This document shows, one piece after another, positions 13,191 to 22,839 of a DNA stretch of 64,000 nucleotides; position 1 is the first letter of the stretch; each line of letters begins with the position of its first letter. The notes beneath the pieces are model-generated. The model was not told the origin of the DNA and searched no databases. It saw nothing but the letters and a program-made list of their open reading frames with translations. The stretch comes from Thecamonas trahens ATCC 50062 (taxonomy: Eukaryota; Protista; Apusomonadida). The stretch spans positions 30,627 through 94,626 of the forward strand of contig NW_013657610.1 in NCBI RefSeq assembly GCF_000142905.1, read 5' to 3'. The translations under genes and the position numbers were made by a program.

Positions 13191-13922
13191 GCATTGGAGG
13201 GGGAGGGGGGGAGGGGGAGGGGGGGAGGGGAGGGGGGAGGGGAGGGGGTGGCGAAGGGGTTGAGGGCTGTGGAGGGGGGAGGGGGGGTGGGGGTGGGGGT
13301 GGGGGTGGCGAAGGGGTTCATGTCGTGGAGGGGTGACAGGTGACGGGGTGGGAGGGGAGGGGAGGGGGGGTGGGAGGGGAGGGGAGGGGGGGATCATGGT
13401 CAGTGTGACTGATGCCATCATGGTCATGGTCATGGTGGTCATGGTGGTCATGGTGGTCATGGTGGTCATGGTGGTCATCATGGTCATGGTGGTCATCATG
13501 GTCATGGTCATCATGGTCATGGTGGTCATCATGGTCATGGTGGTCATCATGGTCATGGTCATCATGGTCATGGTGGTCATCATGGTCATGGTGGTCATCA
13601 TGGTCATCGTCATCATAGTCATGGTGGTCATCATGGTGGTCATCATGGTCATCATGGTCATCATGGTCATCATGGTCATGGTCATCATGGTCATCATGGT
13701 CATGGTCATCATGGTCATCATGGTCATCATGGTCATGGTGTCATCATGGTCATGGTCATCATGGTCATGGTGGTCATCATGGTCATGGTGGTCATCGTCA
13801 TTGTCATCGTCATTGTCATCGTCATCATGGTCATCGTCATCATGGTCGTCACCATCATCACCACCACCACCATACCCCCCCCCCCCCCCACCACCACCAC
13901 TCCCCCCCACTCCCACCATCTC

Positions 13923-13964
<42 letters not shown>

Positions 13965-13965
13965 G
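13175..13965. repeat. Intergenic low-complexity block: G-runs, (GGTCAT/CAT) microsatellite, C-run, (CAT)n
   Basis: Seen directly between the receptor stop codon and VIPAS39. Confidence 0.95.
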
Positions 13966-13966
13966 G

Positions 13967-16900
13967 CTACATACGGTCGATGTCGGACACCTCGCTCTTG
14001 TCGACCCGGCCCTCGGCTCGTCGCCGGAGGTAGAGCGCAGATCGCCAGGCCACAACGCCAACGCTGACGATGATGACAAACGAGAGGAGGACGTTGCGCT
14101 GGATAGTCGACTTGCCGCCGTCAAGGCCGTCCGAGTCGGCAAAGATGACGAGCTGGACCGACGAGCCGATGCCGATGGTCAGCTGGAAGAGGTTGTTGTG
14201 CGTGCTCTTGAAGGGCCAGAAGAGGCTGATGAGGACAACGTTGACCAGTAGGCTGAGGCCGACCACCATGATCCGCACCGACGTGCCCGCGATGAGCACC
14301 GTCTCGAGCACAAGGACCACGCTCGTCACCAGCGTCGCCACGCGGAACCAGAACACGCCCGGCTGCAGGCCACGGACCAGAAAGGCAAACGCGCCGCCCT
14401 TGAGCTCGGCCATCGCCTCGGCGTTTGCCCCGTACGCCCGATACATCAGCCAGAGCACCACCACCGGGAACGCCACCAAGTACATCGCCGCGAGCAGGAT
14501 GGCCACAGCAAGCGTCGCCGTGTGTGCGCCCTGGAAGCACTCGGTCGAGAGCTCCACCGCGAGCCGTGCAGATCCGTTCACCGTCGTGCAGTGGAAGGCG
14601 TTGATGACCCGGAGCGTGATCTGGAGGTACACCGCCGCCAGGAGCATCACAATCGACACCCGTGCCCGTCGCGCCCATCGCTCGCCTCTCGTCCGCGGCT
14701 CGGTCTCGTCCTCGCCGCTTGTCAGCGACTCGATGTCGTCCACGGTCTTCGCCGGCACGATGCTGCTCGCGCGCGACGAGCTCCCACTGCTGCTGCCGCC
14801 GCTACTGCCGCTGGAGCTGCTAGAGCTGGAGCTCATCGATTTGCTTGGCATGCTCGCCGTCGATGAGCTGGTCGCGGTCGATGCCGAGCCTGTCTCCTCC
14901 TCCTCCTCCTCATCCTTATCCTCATCCTCATCCTTCTCGCCGCTCTCCGTGCTGGCCATGCTCTCCATCACCACGCCGGTCATGGCATCGTCGTTGCCCG
15001 AGCCATCGCCCGCCTCTGGCGTCTTGGACTTGTTGCGGCGGAGGACAAGGCGATGGCCGATGACGGCGTAGACCCAGGCGGCGGCGACAAAGAGGACGGC
15101 GGCGAGGGCGACGAGGACCAGGGTGCCCCAGAAGAGACGGGCAAAGTTGGATGAGCCGGCGCTGGCAAAGTAGCAGTTTGGCTTGACAAACTCGACGTCA
15201 AAGAGGATGAAGGAGAGCGCGCGGAAGATGTCCGAGAGCGTCTTGCCCGCATCGCCCGAGATCCGCGCACTCGTAGTCCTCCCCACAAACACAAACTGCT
15301 GCAGCGAGAGGACGATCGAGACAAACGACGACATGCGGACGACCGAGAGGAGCGCCACCGCGAGGGTGACCAGGCCGATGAGGATGAGCGCCGCCAGAAC
15401 CAGGACGGCGAGCTCGGCCGTATCGCCCCGCTCGCACGCCCGGCACACCCCGGCGTCCGAGTAGAAGTCAGGCTCGCGGCATTCGGCACAGTACCGGCCG
15501 GTGTAGCCAAGATCCTCGTCACATCGCGCCGTGACTCGCGCGCCTGAGTCGTGCAGCACCACAGGGCAAGCCGCCACCGCGCCCATGGCGCCACAGCACG
15601 CCTCCTCCAGCGTGCATCGCCCGGGCGCGTTCCGCTCGCTCGGCGACCAGTAGCCGCGGAGTGGCCAGATGCGGACGCCGCCGGGGCAGTACCCGCCCTC
15701 GGGGCACGACTTACACTGCCCATCGGCATAGTACTGACCGATGCGGACGCAGTCGGCCGCAACCGCGCCCGACAAGTCGACGTAGACCAGGCCGGTCAGC
15801 GAGATCGACGTCGCCGACACGTTGAGCGTAATCGACGGATAGCCGTCGCCGAGGCCTCCGGGCACGTCAAACTGGACCGATGTGTCGGTCACCACCAGCG
15901 CCCGTGCCGATGACATCTCCACCTTGGTCACGTTGCCGTTGATGGACACTGAGACGTCGCCGTCGCGGAAGCCCTCGCCGCCCACCACCACCGTCCCGCC
16001 CTGCGGACCGAGGATGCAGCCGGAGACGCATCCGTCGATGCGGACGCGGACAAAGGCCCGCTCCGTCGGTGCCCCGCCGCGCGCCAGCGAGCACGGCGCA
16101 GGCTCGACACGATTACCGATGCCAAAGGCGCCGGCGTCGATCGTCGGGTTCGCCGCCCCGCGGTCTGCATCCAGCAACGCGTTGAGCGGCGAGGACAGGT
16201 TGGCCACCGCGCTGGTGGCGAGATTGTGGACGATGATGCCGTGGGTCACCGTCGCGCTGCCTGGTGTCGCGCTAGCTGCCCGGCCCGAGGCCAAGAGGCA
16301 CCCGTAGCACGCCCGATTTTGCCGGACGGTGGTGTTGGTCATGACGAGCGCGCCGGGAGCCGTCCAGCCCATAGCCAGCTCGGCCGTCGTGAGCTCGGCG
16401 ATGTAGATCGTGCCGTTGCGCGCCGAGTTGGACGTCAGCGCCGATGACGCCACGTTGACGGTGGCGCCGAGGCCGACCGCCACCGCCGAGCCGAGGCTCG
16501 CCACATTGTCGGTGACAGTGAGATCGGCGAGGGAGACGTCGGCGTTGGTGGCAAAGATGCCGCCGCCGAGCTCGGCGGCAAAGCCGCTGACACTCCCGCC
16601 GGACCACACCACGTCGACCCGGCCCACACCCGGCGGCGCGCCGATGTACACACCGCCGCCAGCGGCCACAGACTCGCGATCGGGACGGGCGGTCAGGACG
16701 CCGTTGTTGATGGAGATCCGCGCGCCCACCGCCGCCAACGTCAGCGCCTGGCCCGAGCTCGCTGCGCCGGCCGAGACGTTGCAGTTGGAGAGCGAGAGAC
16801 CGTTGAAGACGACCGGACCGGAGAGGGTGCCGTTGACGACGACGCAGCCGCCTGATGTGGCCAGTGCCGATCCCGCCGAGAGGCTGCCGTCGACGGCGAG

Positions 16901-19900
16901 GTTGCTGACGGTGATGCCGGGCGAGTCGATGATGGTCATGACCTGGGTCTGGGCCGTGGCGCAGTTGAAGGTGACCGAGGTAAAGTCGATGACCATGCCG
17001 GGAGGAAGCGAGGAGGAGAGGCGGAGCGGGACGGAGCAGTCGGAGAAGACCGTCGGGGCAAAGGTGATGGGCCCGGGCGGCGATGGCGGGAGCGAGTCCA
17101 GATACGTCTGCAGGAGCGGGATGGACGAGTCCGGCACAGCCGACGTCACCGCCATGTTGGTGCACGGCGCGTGGACAACCCGTGAGCCAGAGCTCGACGC
17201 TCCCGACGTCACGGTGCGGATCCCGCTTGGGTCGGAGATCTCGCCCAGCGGGAAGGCCGACGACGGATCGGCCACGTGAGCCACGTTGTCGGTAAAGGCG
17301 CAGCCGGCGTCAAAGGTGACGGGCGGTGCGGGTGATGCCGCCGGATTGATGTAGAGGACCGAGGCGAGGCAGCCGCGGATGCGGGTGAAGCTCGTGCCGG
17401 TCACGGTCAGGCCCGGCGTGCCCGACGCGATGTACAGCGCGGCCCGGCCGGTGACCGAGTCGACAAAGGTCGAGCCGGTGACGACGGCCGTACCGGTGCT
17501 GCTGAGCGAGATGAGCGAGCCATCGCCGGTGCCGTATCCGCTGTGGCGCCGGATGGTGACGCTGTTGACGACGAGCGAGCCGCCGCCAAACGACTCGATG
17601 GCGCCGCCGATGGAGGTCGAGTCCTGGATGACGGCGCCTGGACCGAGGGTGAGGGTGCCTGTGCTCGTGTCCATGCCCACCACCGCTGACGAGGTGGACG
17701 AGCATCTCGTGATGGTGCCCAGAAAGGTGACGATGGGCGTGCCGCCGCCGCTGTGGCGAAGGTAGATGGCTCCGCCGCCGTCGTCGGCAAAGGCGTCCGA
17801 GATGGTGCAGTCGGCGTCAAAGGTGACCATCGGCGATTGGCCTGTCGACCGCACCAGCACGCCGCCGCCAAACGCTGACGACGAGCAGTGGGCGATGTGC
17901 ACGTTGTGGAAGCTGGCGGTGACGCCCACGCTGGAGATCGAGACGCAGCCGCCGGACGAGGCCGCTCCAAACCGGACCCGCAGCCCGGTGATGTCCACCG
18001 TGCCTGAGGTGGAGAGAGAGAGCCGATTGACGGTAAAGCCCGTGAGGTCGACGGTGTGCGATGCCGAGATGGAGAGCGTTCCGAGGTAGGTGCCCGGCGT
18101 GAGCGACGTGACCGTCCCGCCGGTGATGGCGGCCGCCAACGTGGCGGCGGTAGGGATGGCAAAGCCGCGCACCGCGTTGCATGGCGAGCCGTCATCGATG
18201 AGCATGGACGACATGTCGATCGACGGCACGCTCGACGATGCACTCAGTGACGCACCAGGCGTGAACGAGAGCTCGCCAAAGATCCACCTGGCCGTGTCCG
18301 ACGAGCCAAACGAGATCAAGTTGCTCTCAAAGGAGTGGAAGATGTTGACAAAGACCGATGGCCCGGCGATGAGCATGAACGACGCCTCGCACCCGATGTT
18401 GTTCTGGAACCGCGAGAAGCCCGGCGTCTGGACCACGCTGCTTGCGCCAGCCACGGCAAAGGCGCCTCCTCGGTTGCCGAGGCAGTCGTCGATGTTGACG
18501 GCGGAAAAGGTGAGCGGCGCGTCGTCGAGGGAGACGCATCCGCCATCGCCGCCAGCCACGTTGTTGTTGATGGTGGCAGTGTTGAGCGCGAGTCCGCCGC
18601 CGGCCACGTGCAGCCCGCCACCGTTGCTCCCGGCATCGCAAAAGGTGATCGAGGTCGTGTCGAGGGTGAGGGTGTGGGCGGGTGTGAGGGCGATGGCCAG
18701 CCCGCCGCCGTTGCCCGATGTGGCGGTGCTTGTGGTGATGGTGACGCCGGTCCAGACCGAGGCGCTCGATCCGGCCGAGACAGCGTAGTCCACTGCGCCG
18801 CCGTTGGCAGACGCCGTGCATGCCGTGAACGAGACCGAAGTGAGGTTCATGGCGGCGCCGCCGCCGGAAAAGGCGAGACAGCCGCCCGATGTGCTGGTGG
18901 CGGTGGCAAAGGCCGTGCCCGTCAGGCTAATCGGCGCAGCTGCATTCAGAGCCTGGAACAGCCCGCCGGGCGACGATGTCTGCAGACCGTTGGTGAGGGT
19001 GCCATCGGTGATGGCCAACGGAGCCGAGAGGCCCGAAACGGTGATGGCGCGGCCAGCGCCGGCGCAGTCGATGGTGGCTCCGGTCATGGTCCACGAGCGG
19101 GCGGTGGAGCCCGAGACGACGACGCCATCGGAGCCGCATCCGGTGTAGGTGAGCGGGGGGATGGTGAGCGGCGAGATCGCGGCCGAGTCGTCGACAAGGA
19201 CCTGGAGGCCCGCCACAGAGGCCACCGCCGGGAGACTGGCGTAGACAGCGCAGGCGAGCGGGAAGATGCCGACGTTGGTGGTGGAGGGCGAGGCAAAGGC
19301 TGCGGCCGTGCTCGCGGCGCCATTGAGGAAGACCGCGCCTAGCGGGAGCGATCCGTCGGCGTGATCGGCGGTGAGCGAGGTGGTGCTGGTGAGCGAGACC
19401 GTGCCGGCGACGGTGACGGCACCGGCGATGGCGGCGGGCGAGAGGCGGGCGATGGAGCCGGCGCACATGATGGTGTCGGAGACGGCGGTGGTACCTGCCA
19501 GGGCAAAGACAAACGAGCCGGACGCCGTCGACTCGAACAGCGTCCGCCCGCGGATGCCTGATACGACCGACCCGCCATCGATGGTAAAGGTGCCTGTGGC
19601 GGCCGACGTGGCGTGGACCAAGGCGCCGGCGTTGAGCGAGCCGGTGAGGGTGGTGATGGAGGCGGCGGTGAGCGTAGTCGTCGACGAAGAGGCCAGAGCA
19701 AAGACCGATGCGACGACGTTGGCGTTGAGCGACAAGCCCGTGGCACTGATGGCCATGGTAGACGAGGCGATGTCAAAGAGGTTAGCAGACGTGGCAAAGT
19801 TGGTGATGGTGAGGCCGGAGAGGACGAGGGTGGTGCCCGAGACCGACGCCGTGTCGCGATAGACAGCGCCAGAGGTACCTCCCGAACCCGAGATAGACGA

Positions 19901-20257
19901 CGATCCGGTAAAGGTGATGGTATTGGACGAGGCCGTGTTGGAGATGGCGACCACGTTGCCCGGGGCAAAGACAGCATCATTAAAGGTGATACTCCTCCCG
20001 GTGGCGGAGATGACGATGGGCACGACCGAAGAGAGTCCGCACGCAAAGTTGAGCCCATTGATGGTAAGATCGCTGCCCGTAGACGAAAACTCGAGCGCCG
20101 TGTTGCATGTCAGGCCCGTCTCCACCACATTCACCGTCGTCTGCGTATCCACCGCTGCTTGGTACGACGAAATGTCCGTCGCATCCGTCCGCTCCGTCAC
20201 GACCGAGACACCGACGATGACCACCGCCAAGACGAGAACTGCGCTGACGTGAGCCAT
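13967..20257 (-). CDS. 2,096-aa surface receptor/adhesin-like protein: signal peptide, GGA(I/L/V)-type beta-helix repeats, IPT-like segment, Cys-rich region, ~7-8 TM helices
   Basis: Uninterrupted ORF with N-terminal hydrophobic signal and repeated GG(A/G/C)x motifs in Ser/Thr-rich beta sequence. GPQGGTVVVGGEGF is IPT/TIG-like. CKSCPEGGYCPGG..IWPLRGYW and GYTGRYCAEC are Cys-rich. Several hydrophobic helices follow, split by an acidic/Ser loop. Confidence 0.8.
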   Translation of the reverse strand: MAHVSAVLVLAVVIVGVSVVTERTDATDISSYQAAVDTQTTVNVVETGLTCNTALEFSSTGSDLTINGLNFACGLSSVVPIVISATGRSITFNDAVFAPGNVVAISNTASSNTITFTGSSSISGSGGTSGAVYRDTASVSGTTLVLSGLTITNFATSANLFDIASSTMAISATGLSLNANVVASVFALASSSTTTLTAASITTLTGSLNAGALVHATSAATGTFTIDGGSVVSGIRGRTLFESTASGSFVFALAGTTAVSDTIMCAGSIARLSPAAIAGAVTVAGTVSLTSTTSLTADHADGSLPLGAVFLNGAASTAAAFASPSTTNVGIFPLACAVYASLPAVASVAGLQVLVDDSAAISPLTIPPLTYTGCGSDGVVVSGSTARSWTMTGATIDCAGAGRAITVSGLSAPLAITDGTLTNGLQTSSPGGLFQALNAAAPISLTGTAFATATSTSGGCLAFSGGGAAMNLTSVSFTACTASANGGAVDYAVSAGSSASVWTGVTITTSTATSGNGGGLAIALTPAHTLTLDTTSITFCDAGSNGGGLHVAGGGLALNTATINNNVAGGDGGCVSLDDAPLTFSAVNIDDCLGNRGGAFAVAGASSVVQTPGFSRFQNNIGCEASFMLIAGPSVFVNIFHSFESNLISFGSSDTARWIFGELSFTPGASLSASSSVPSIDMSSMLIDDGSPCNAVRGFAIPTAATLAAAITGGTVTSLTPGTYLGTLSISASHTVDLTGFTVNRLSLSTSGTVDITGLRVRFGAASSGGCVSISSVGVTASFHNVHIAHCSSSAFGGGVLVRSTGQSPMVTFDADCTISDAFADDGGGAIYLRHSGGGTPIVTFLGTITRCSSTSSAVVGMDTSTGTLTLGPGAVIQDSTSIGGAIESFGGGSLVVNSVTIRRHSGYGTGDGSLISLSSTGTAVVTGSTFVDSVTGRAALYIASGTPGLTVTGTSFTRIRGCLASVLYINPAASPAPPVTFDAGCAFTDNVAHVADPSSAFPLGEISDPSGIRTVTSGASSSGSRVVHAPCTNMAVTSAVPDSSIPLLQTYLDSLPPSPPGPITFAPTVFSDCSVPLRLSSSLPPGMVIDFTSVTFNCATAQTQVMTIIDSPGITVSNLAVDGSLSAGSALATSGGCVVVNGTLSGPVVFNGLSLSNCNVSAGAASSGQALTLAAVGARISINNGVLTARPDRESVAAGGGVYIGAPPGVGRVDVVWSGGSVSGFAAELGGGIFATNADVSLADLTVTDNVASLGSAVAVGLGATVNVASSALTSNSARNGTIYIAELTTAELAMGWTAPGALVMTNTTVRQNRACYGCLLASGRAASATPGSATVTHGIIVHNLATSAVANLSSPLNALLDADRGAANPTIDAGAFGIGNRVEPAPCSLARGGAPTERAFVRVRIDGCVSGCILGPQGGTVVVGGEGFRDGDVSVSINGNVTKVEMSSARALVVTDTSVQFDVPGGLGDGYPSITLNVSATSISLTGLVYVDLSGAVAADCVRIGQYYADGQCKSCPEGGYCPGGVRIWPLRGYWSPSERNAPGRCTLEEACCGAMGAVAACPVVLHDSGARVTARCDEDLGYTGRYCAECREPDFYSDAGVCRACERGDTAELAVLVLAALILIGLVTLAVALLSVVRMSSFVSIVLSLQQFVFVGRTTSARISGDAGKTLSDIFRALSFILFDVEFVKPNCYFASAGSSNFARLFWGTLVLVALAAVLFVAAAWVYAVIGHRLVLRRNKSKTPEAGDGSGNDDAMTGVVMESMASTESGEKDEDEDKDEEEEEETGSASTATSSSTASMPSKSMSSSSSSSSGSSGGSSSGSSSRASSIVPAKTVDDIESLTSGEDETEPRTRGERWARRARVSIVMLLAAVYLQITLRVINAFHCTTVNGSARLAVELSTECFQGAHTATLAVAILLAAMYLVAFPVVVLWLMYRAYGANAEAMAELKGGAFAFLVRGLQPGVFWFRVATLVTSVVLVLETVLIAGTSVRIMVVGLSLLVNVVLISLFWPFKSTHNNLFQLTIGIGSSVQLVIFADSDGLDGGKSTIQRNVLLSFVIIVSVGVVAWRSALYLRRRAEGRVDKSEVSDIDRM

Positions 20258-20980
20258 TTCCTCGTTCTGGATGTGGCGAGTGGTGCTGGGGGAGAGGGGT
20301 GTGTCCGGGGGTAGGTGGGGTGCTGAGTGTGGTGGGGTGCGGCGGGGTGCGGCGGGGTGCGGCGGGTGCGGAGTGGCGAGTGCAGCGTGGGTTTGGCGGA
20401 TTGAAATTATTTTTTGCGGGACTTTGCGGTAACTGGCTCATCCCATGGCTTGTGTTGGACAAGGGGAGGGTGGGGTGGATGGGGTGGAGTGGCAGTGGGA
20501 GGGGGGGGGGGGGGGATGAGAGGTAGGAATGCGTATTGAGGGGGAGGGACGGTGTGGGGTTGGTATGGATGGTGTGGATGGTGGGGATGGTGGCGGTGGC
20601 GGTGCGGATTTTTTGGCGGCTCGGTAGAGACGGGCGACGGAAAAAGAGGGAGAGGTTGATGGAGAGAGAGAGAGAGTGCTTGATGAAGGCAAGGAGGGTA
20701 GAATTGGGATAGCGAAGGGCCGTTGGGGATGAGCTGTGGTTGGAGATCGAAAGAGGTGGCGTCCAGAGTGCTGGTTGGCGTACATATGTGAGGTCTGTTT
20801 GGGAGATTTTTTTTCCGACTGCACATGGGTGTATCGCTGGCTTTGGGGGTAGGGACAGGGTTGTGTAGAAGCCTACGTGTGCCCATGCTTGAATTACAGG
20901 CTCCAATAGAGGTCGCCTGGGGTATGTGTGCGGGGAGGTGGTCCACAGCGAGCGCACTTGACTCTCCACTCCACGGGGAA

Positions 20981-20987
20981 TATATAA
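20981..20987 (+). promoter_or_regulatory. Candidate TATA box upstream of nagA
   Basis: TATATAA in a GC-rich context, 40 bp before ATG 21027, followed by a pyrimidine-rich leader. Confidence 0.4.
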
Positions 20988-21026
20988 GCGTCAGGGATCT
21001 TCCTCTCGTCCCTCCCCTCCTTCCTC

Positions 21027-22756
21027 ATGTCGGCATCAGCACCGGGAACTGTCCCACCTTTATCTAGCGGCCGACATGTAGCACCATGGCTTTGCATCGT
21101 TGCTAAGAGAGCTGTCCTCGCCGAGCCGATGGCCACCACGCCGACCACGACCGGCGGCACGGCCAGCGGCACGTCCGCCATCACTTTGCCGACGCCGACG
21201 CCGACAACGCCCCCGTCGATGATGAGACGGGCGAAGGCGGCTCAAGGAGTCACGACGGCACTCTGTGCGAGACGGACAAAGCGTGCATAGTGACGATCAG
21301 TAGCACGAGTGGGCGGATTGTGCAGATCGACTCGGCTGGATCTGCCTCTGCCGTGATCGCCGCCGTGTCTGCCGCCAAAGCCACAGCCGCTGCCTCTGGC
21401 TGTTCGCTCTCTGTCCTCCGCGCCGCGGTAGCCATCCCGGGCCTTGTGGACATGCACACGCACGGGCTGACGGGCGACGGCGACGGATGCGCCGACGTGG
21501 TGGAGGCATGGGCCGTGCCGGAGCCCTCGCTCGCACGCCTCGCCGCCGCAGGCACTACTTCGGTCGTCCCCTCGCTCACCTTTCCCACCCACAGGTGGGA
21601 CGCCACCTGCGCCGCTCTGTGTGCCCTGGCCCGTGCTGCCGGTGAGGGGCGGGGGGCGGGCGAGGCGAGCAAGGCGGGCGTGGGCGACTTGGCCGAGGCC
21701 GGCGACTCGGTGCGGGCGGGCGACTTGGCCGAGGCCGGCGACTCGGTGCGAGCGGGCGACTTGGCCGAGGCCGGCGACTCGGTGCGGGCGGGCGACTTGG
21801 CCGAGGCCGGCGACTCGGTGCGGGCGGGCGACTCGGTGCGGGCGGGGATCGGCAAGGCGGAGCGAAGCTGGATGGGCGCGCGGGTGCTGGGCGTGCATGC
21901 CGAGGGCCCTGTGGTAGCAGATGCGGGTGGGCTGCCTGATCCGGGCAAGCGGGCGTGGGCAAGGGAGAGCGCGGCGGCTGTGGAACGGGTGTTGGACGCA
22001 GCAGAAGAGGCAGGGATTGCTGTCAAGGTCATGACCATCGCGCCGTCGGCAGACGCAGTGTCTGGGTATGCGGGAATCGCAGCGATGGTCAAGCGCGGAG
22101 TGGTGCCGGCGCTTGGACACGACCGCAGCGCGCAGTGGGACCAGGTCATCGGCGCGCTCGAGGCCGCCGCCCCATCCCGCTGCCATCTCACCCATGTCTT
22201 TAACGTGCAGACCTTTCATCATCGGCTCCCATCGCTGGGCAACCTCGCGCTCATGCGAAGCCTTCCGCCAAGCCTGGCCCACGTCCCGATGCCGACAGCC
22301 GAGGCCGTGGGCGACGGCCTCCACCTCCATCCGACAGTCATGCACGCCCTCGCCACCATCCGCCCACCGACCTCGCTCGCCTGGATCTCCGACTCGATCC
22401 TCACTCCGTCGGCTGTCGGCGACCACGCGTACTGCGGCCGTCGGGTGGCCATCGGCTCGGTCCCGGGCTGCTCCACGCCGGCAGTCGTGCTCGCCAGCGG
22501 CGACACGGACGCTGCCCCAGTCATCGCCGGCTCGTGCAGTGCCCTCCTTGATACGGTTCGCCTCCTCGTCAACGAGCTCGGCATTGCGCTCGACGACGCC
22601 GTCCGCACTTGCGCTACCACGCCCGCAGACATTGTCGGCGCAGACCATGTCGGCCGCCTTGCTGTCGGCGCCATGGGCGACGTACTCCTCCTCGACGCCG
22701 ATCTCGCACTCATTGCTGTGATTATGGGTGGCGTGCTTGTCCCGGCATCAGGCTAA
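21027..22756 (+). CDS. nagA: N-acetylglucosamine-6-phosphate deacetylase (NagA/AMDHD2 family); one apparent frameshift near 21125-21215
   Basis: Motifs PGLVDMHTHG, GTTSVVP, GVHAEGP, ALGH, THVFN, DGLHLHP, ISDS, IAGS, TPA. ORF 21290-22756 has no upstream ATG in frame. ORF 21027-21290 supplies the first beta-strand (WLCIVAKRAVL) and joins by adding one base, plausibly in the C5 run at 21210-21214. Confidence 0.88.
21683..21844 (+). repeat. 36-bp coding tandem repeat x4.5 (GDLAEAGDSVRA)
   Basis: ggcgacttggccgaggccggcgactcggtgcg(g/a)gcg repeated head to tail with no spacers. Confidence 0.95.
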
Positions 22757-22839
22757 GTGAGCCGTGATGACGATGGTAATGTTGGTTTTAGCGCGCGGGG
22801 GAAAATGCTTGGGAAAACGGCTGCATGCAGTGGGGCCAC

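Noticed and set aside
13333-14067. Poly-Met/Val/Ile/Asp/His ORFs here and at 26704-27624, 45272-46177 and 55909-56704
   Set aside because: These are translations of stop-free microsatellites, not credible proteins.
21683-21844. 36-bp repeats as a CRISPR array
   Set aside because: Head-to-tail with no unique spacers, in frame within NagA, eukaryotic context, no cas genes.
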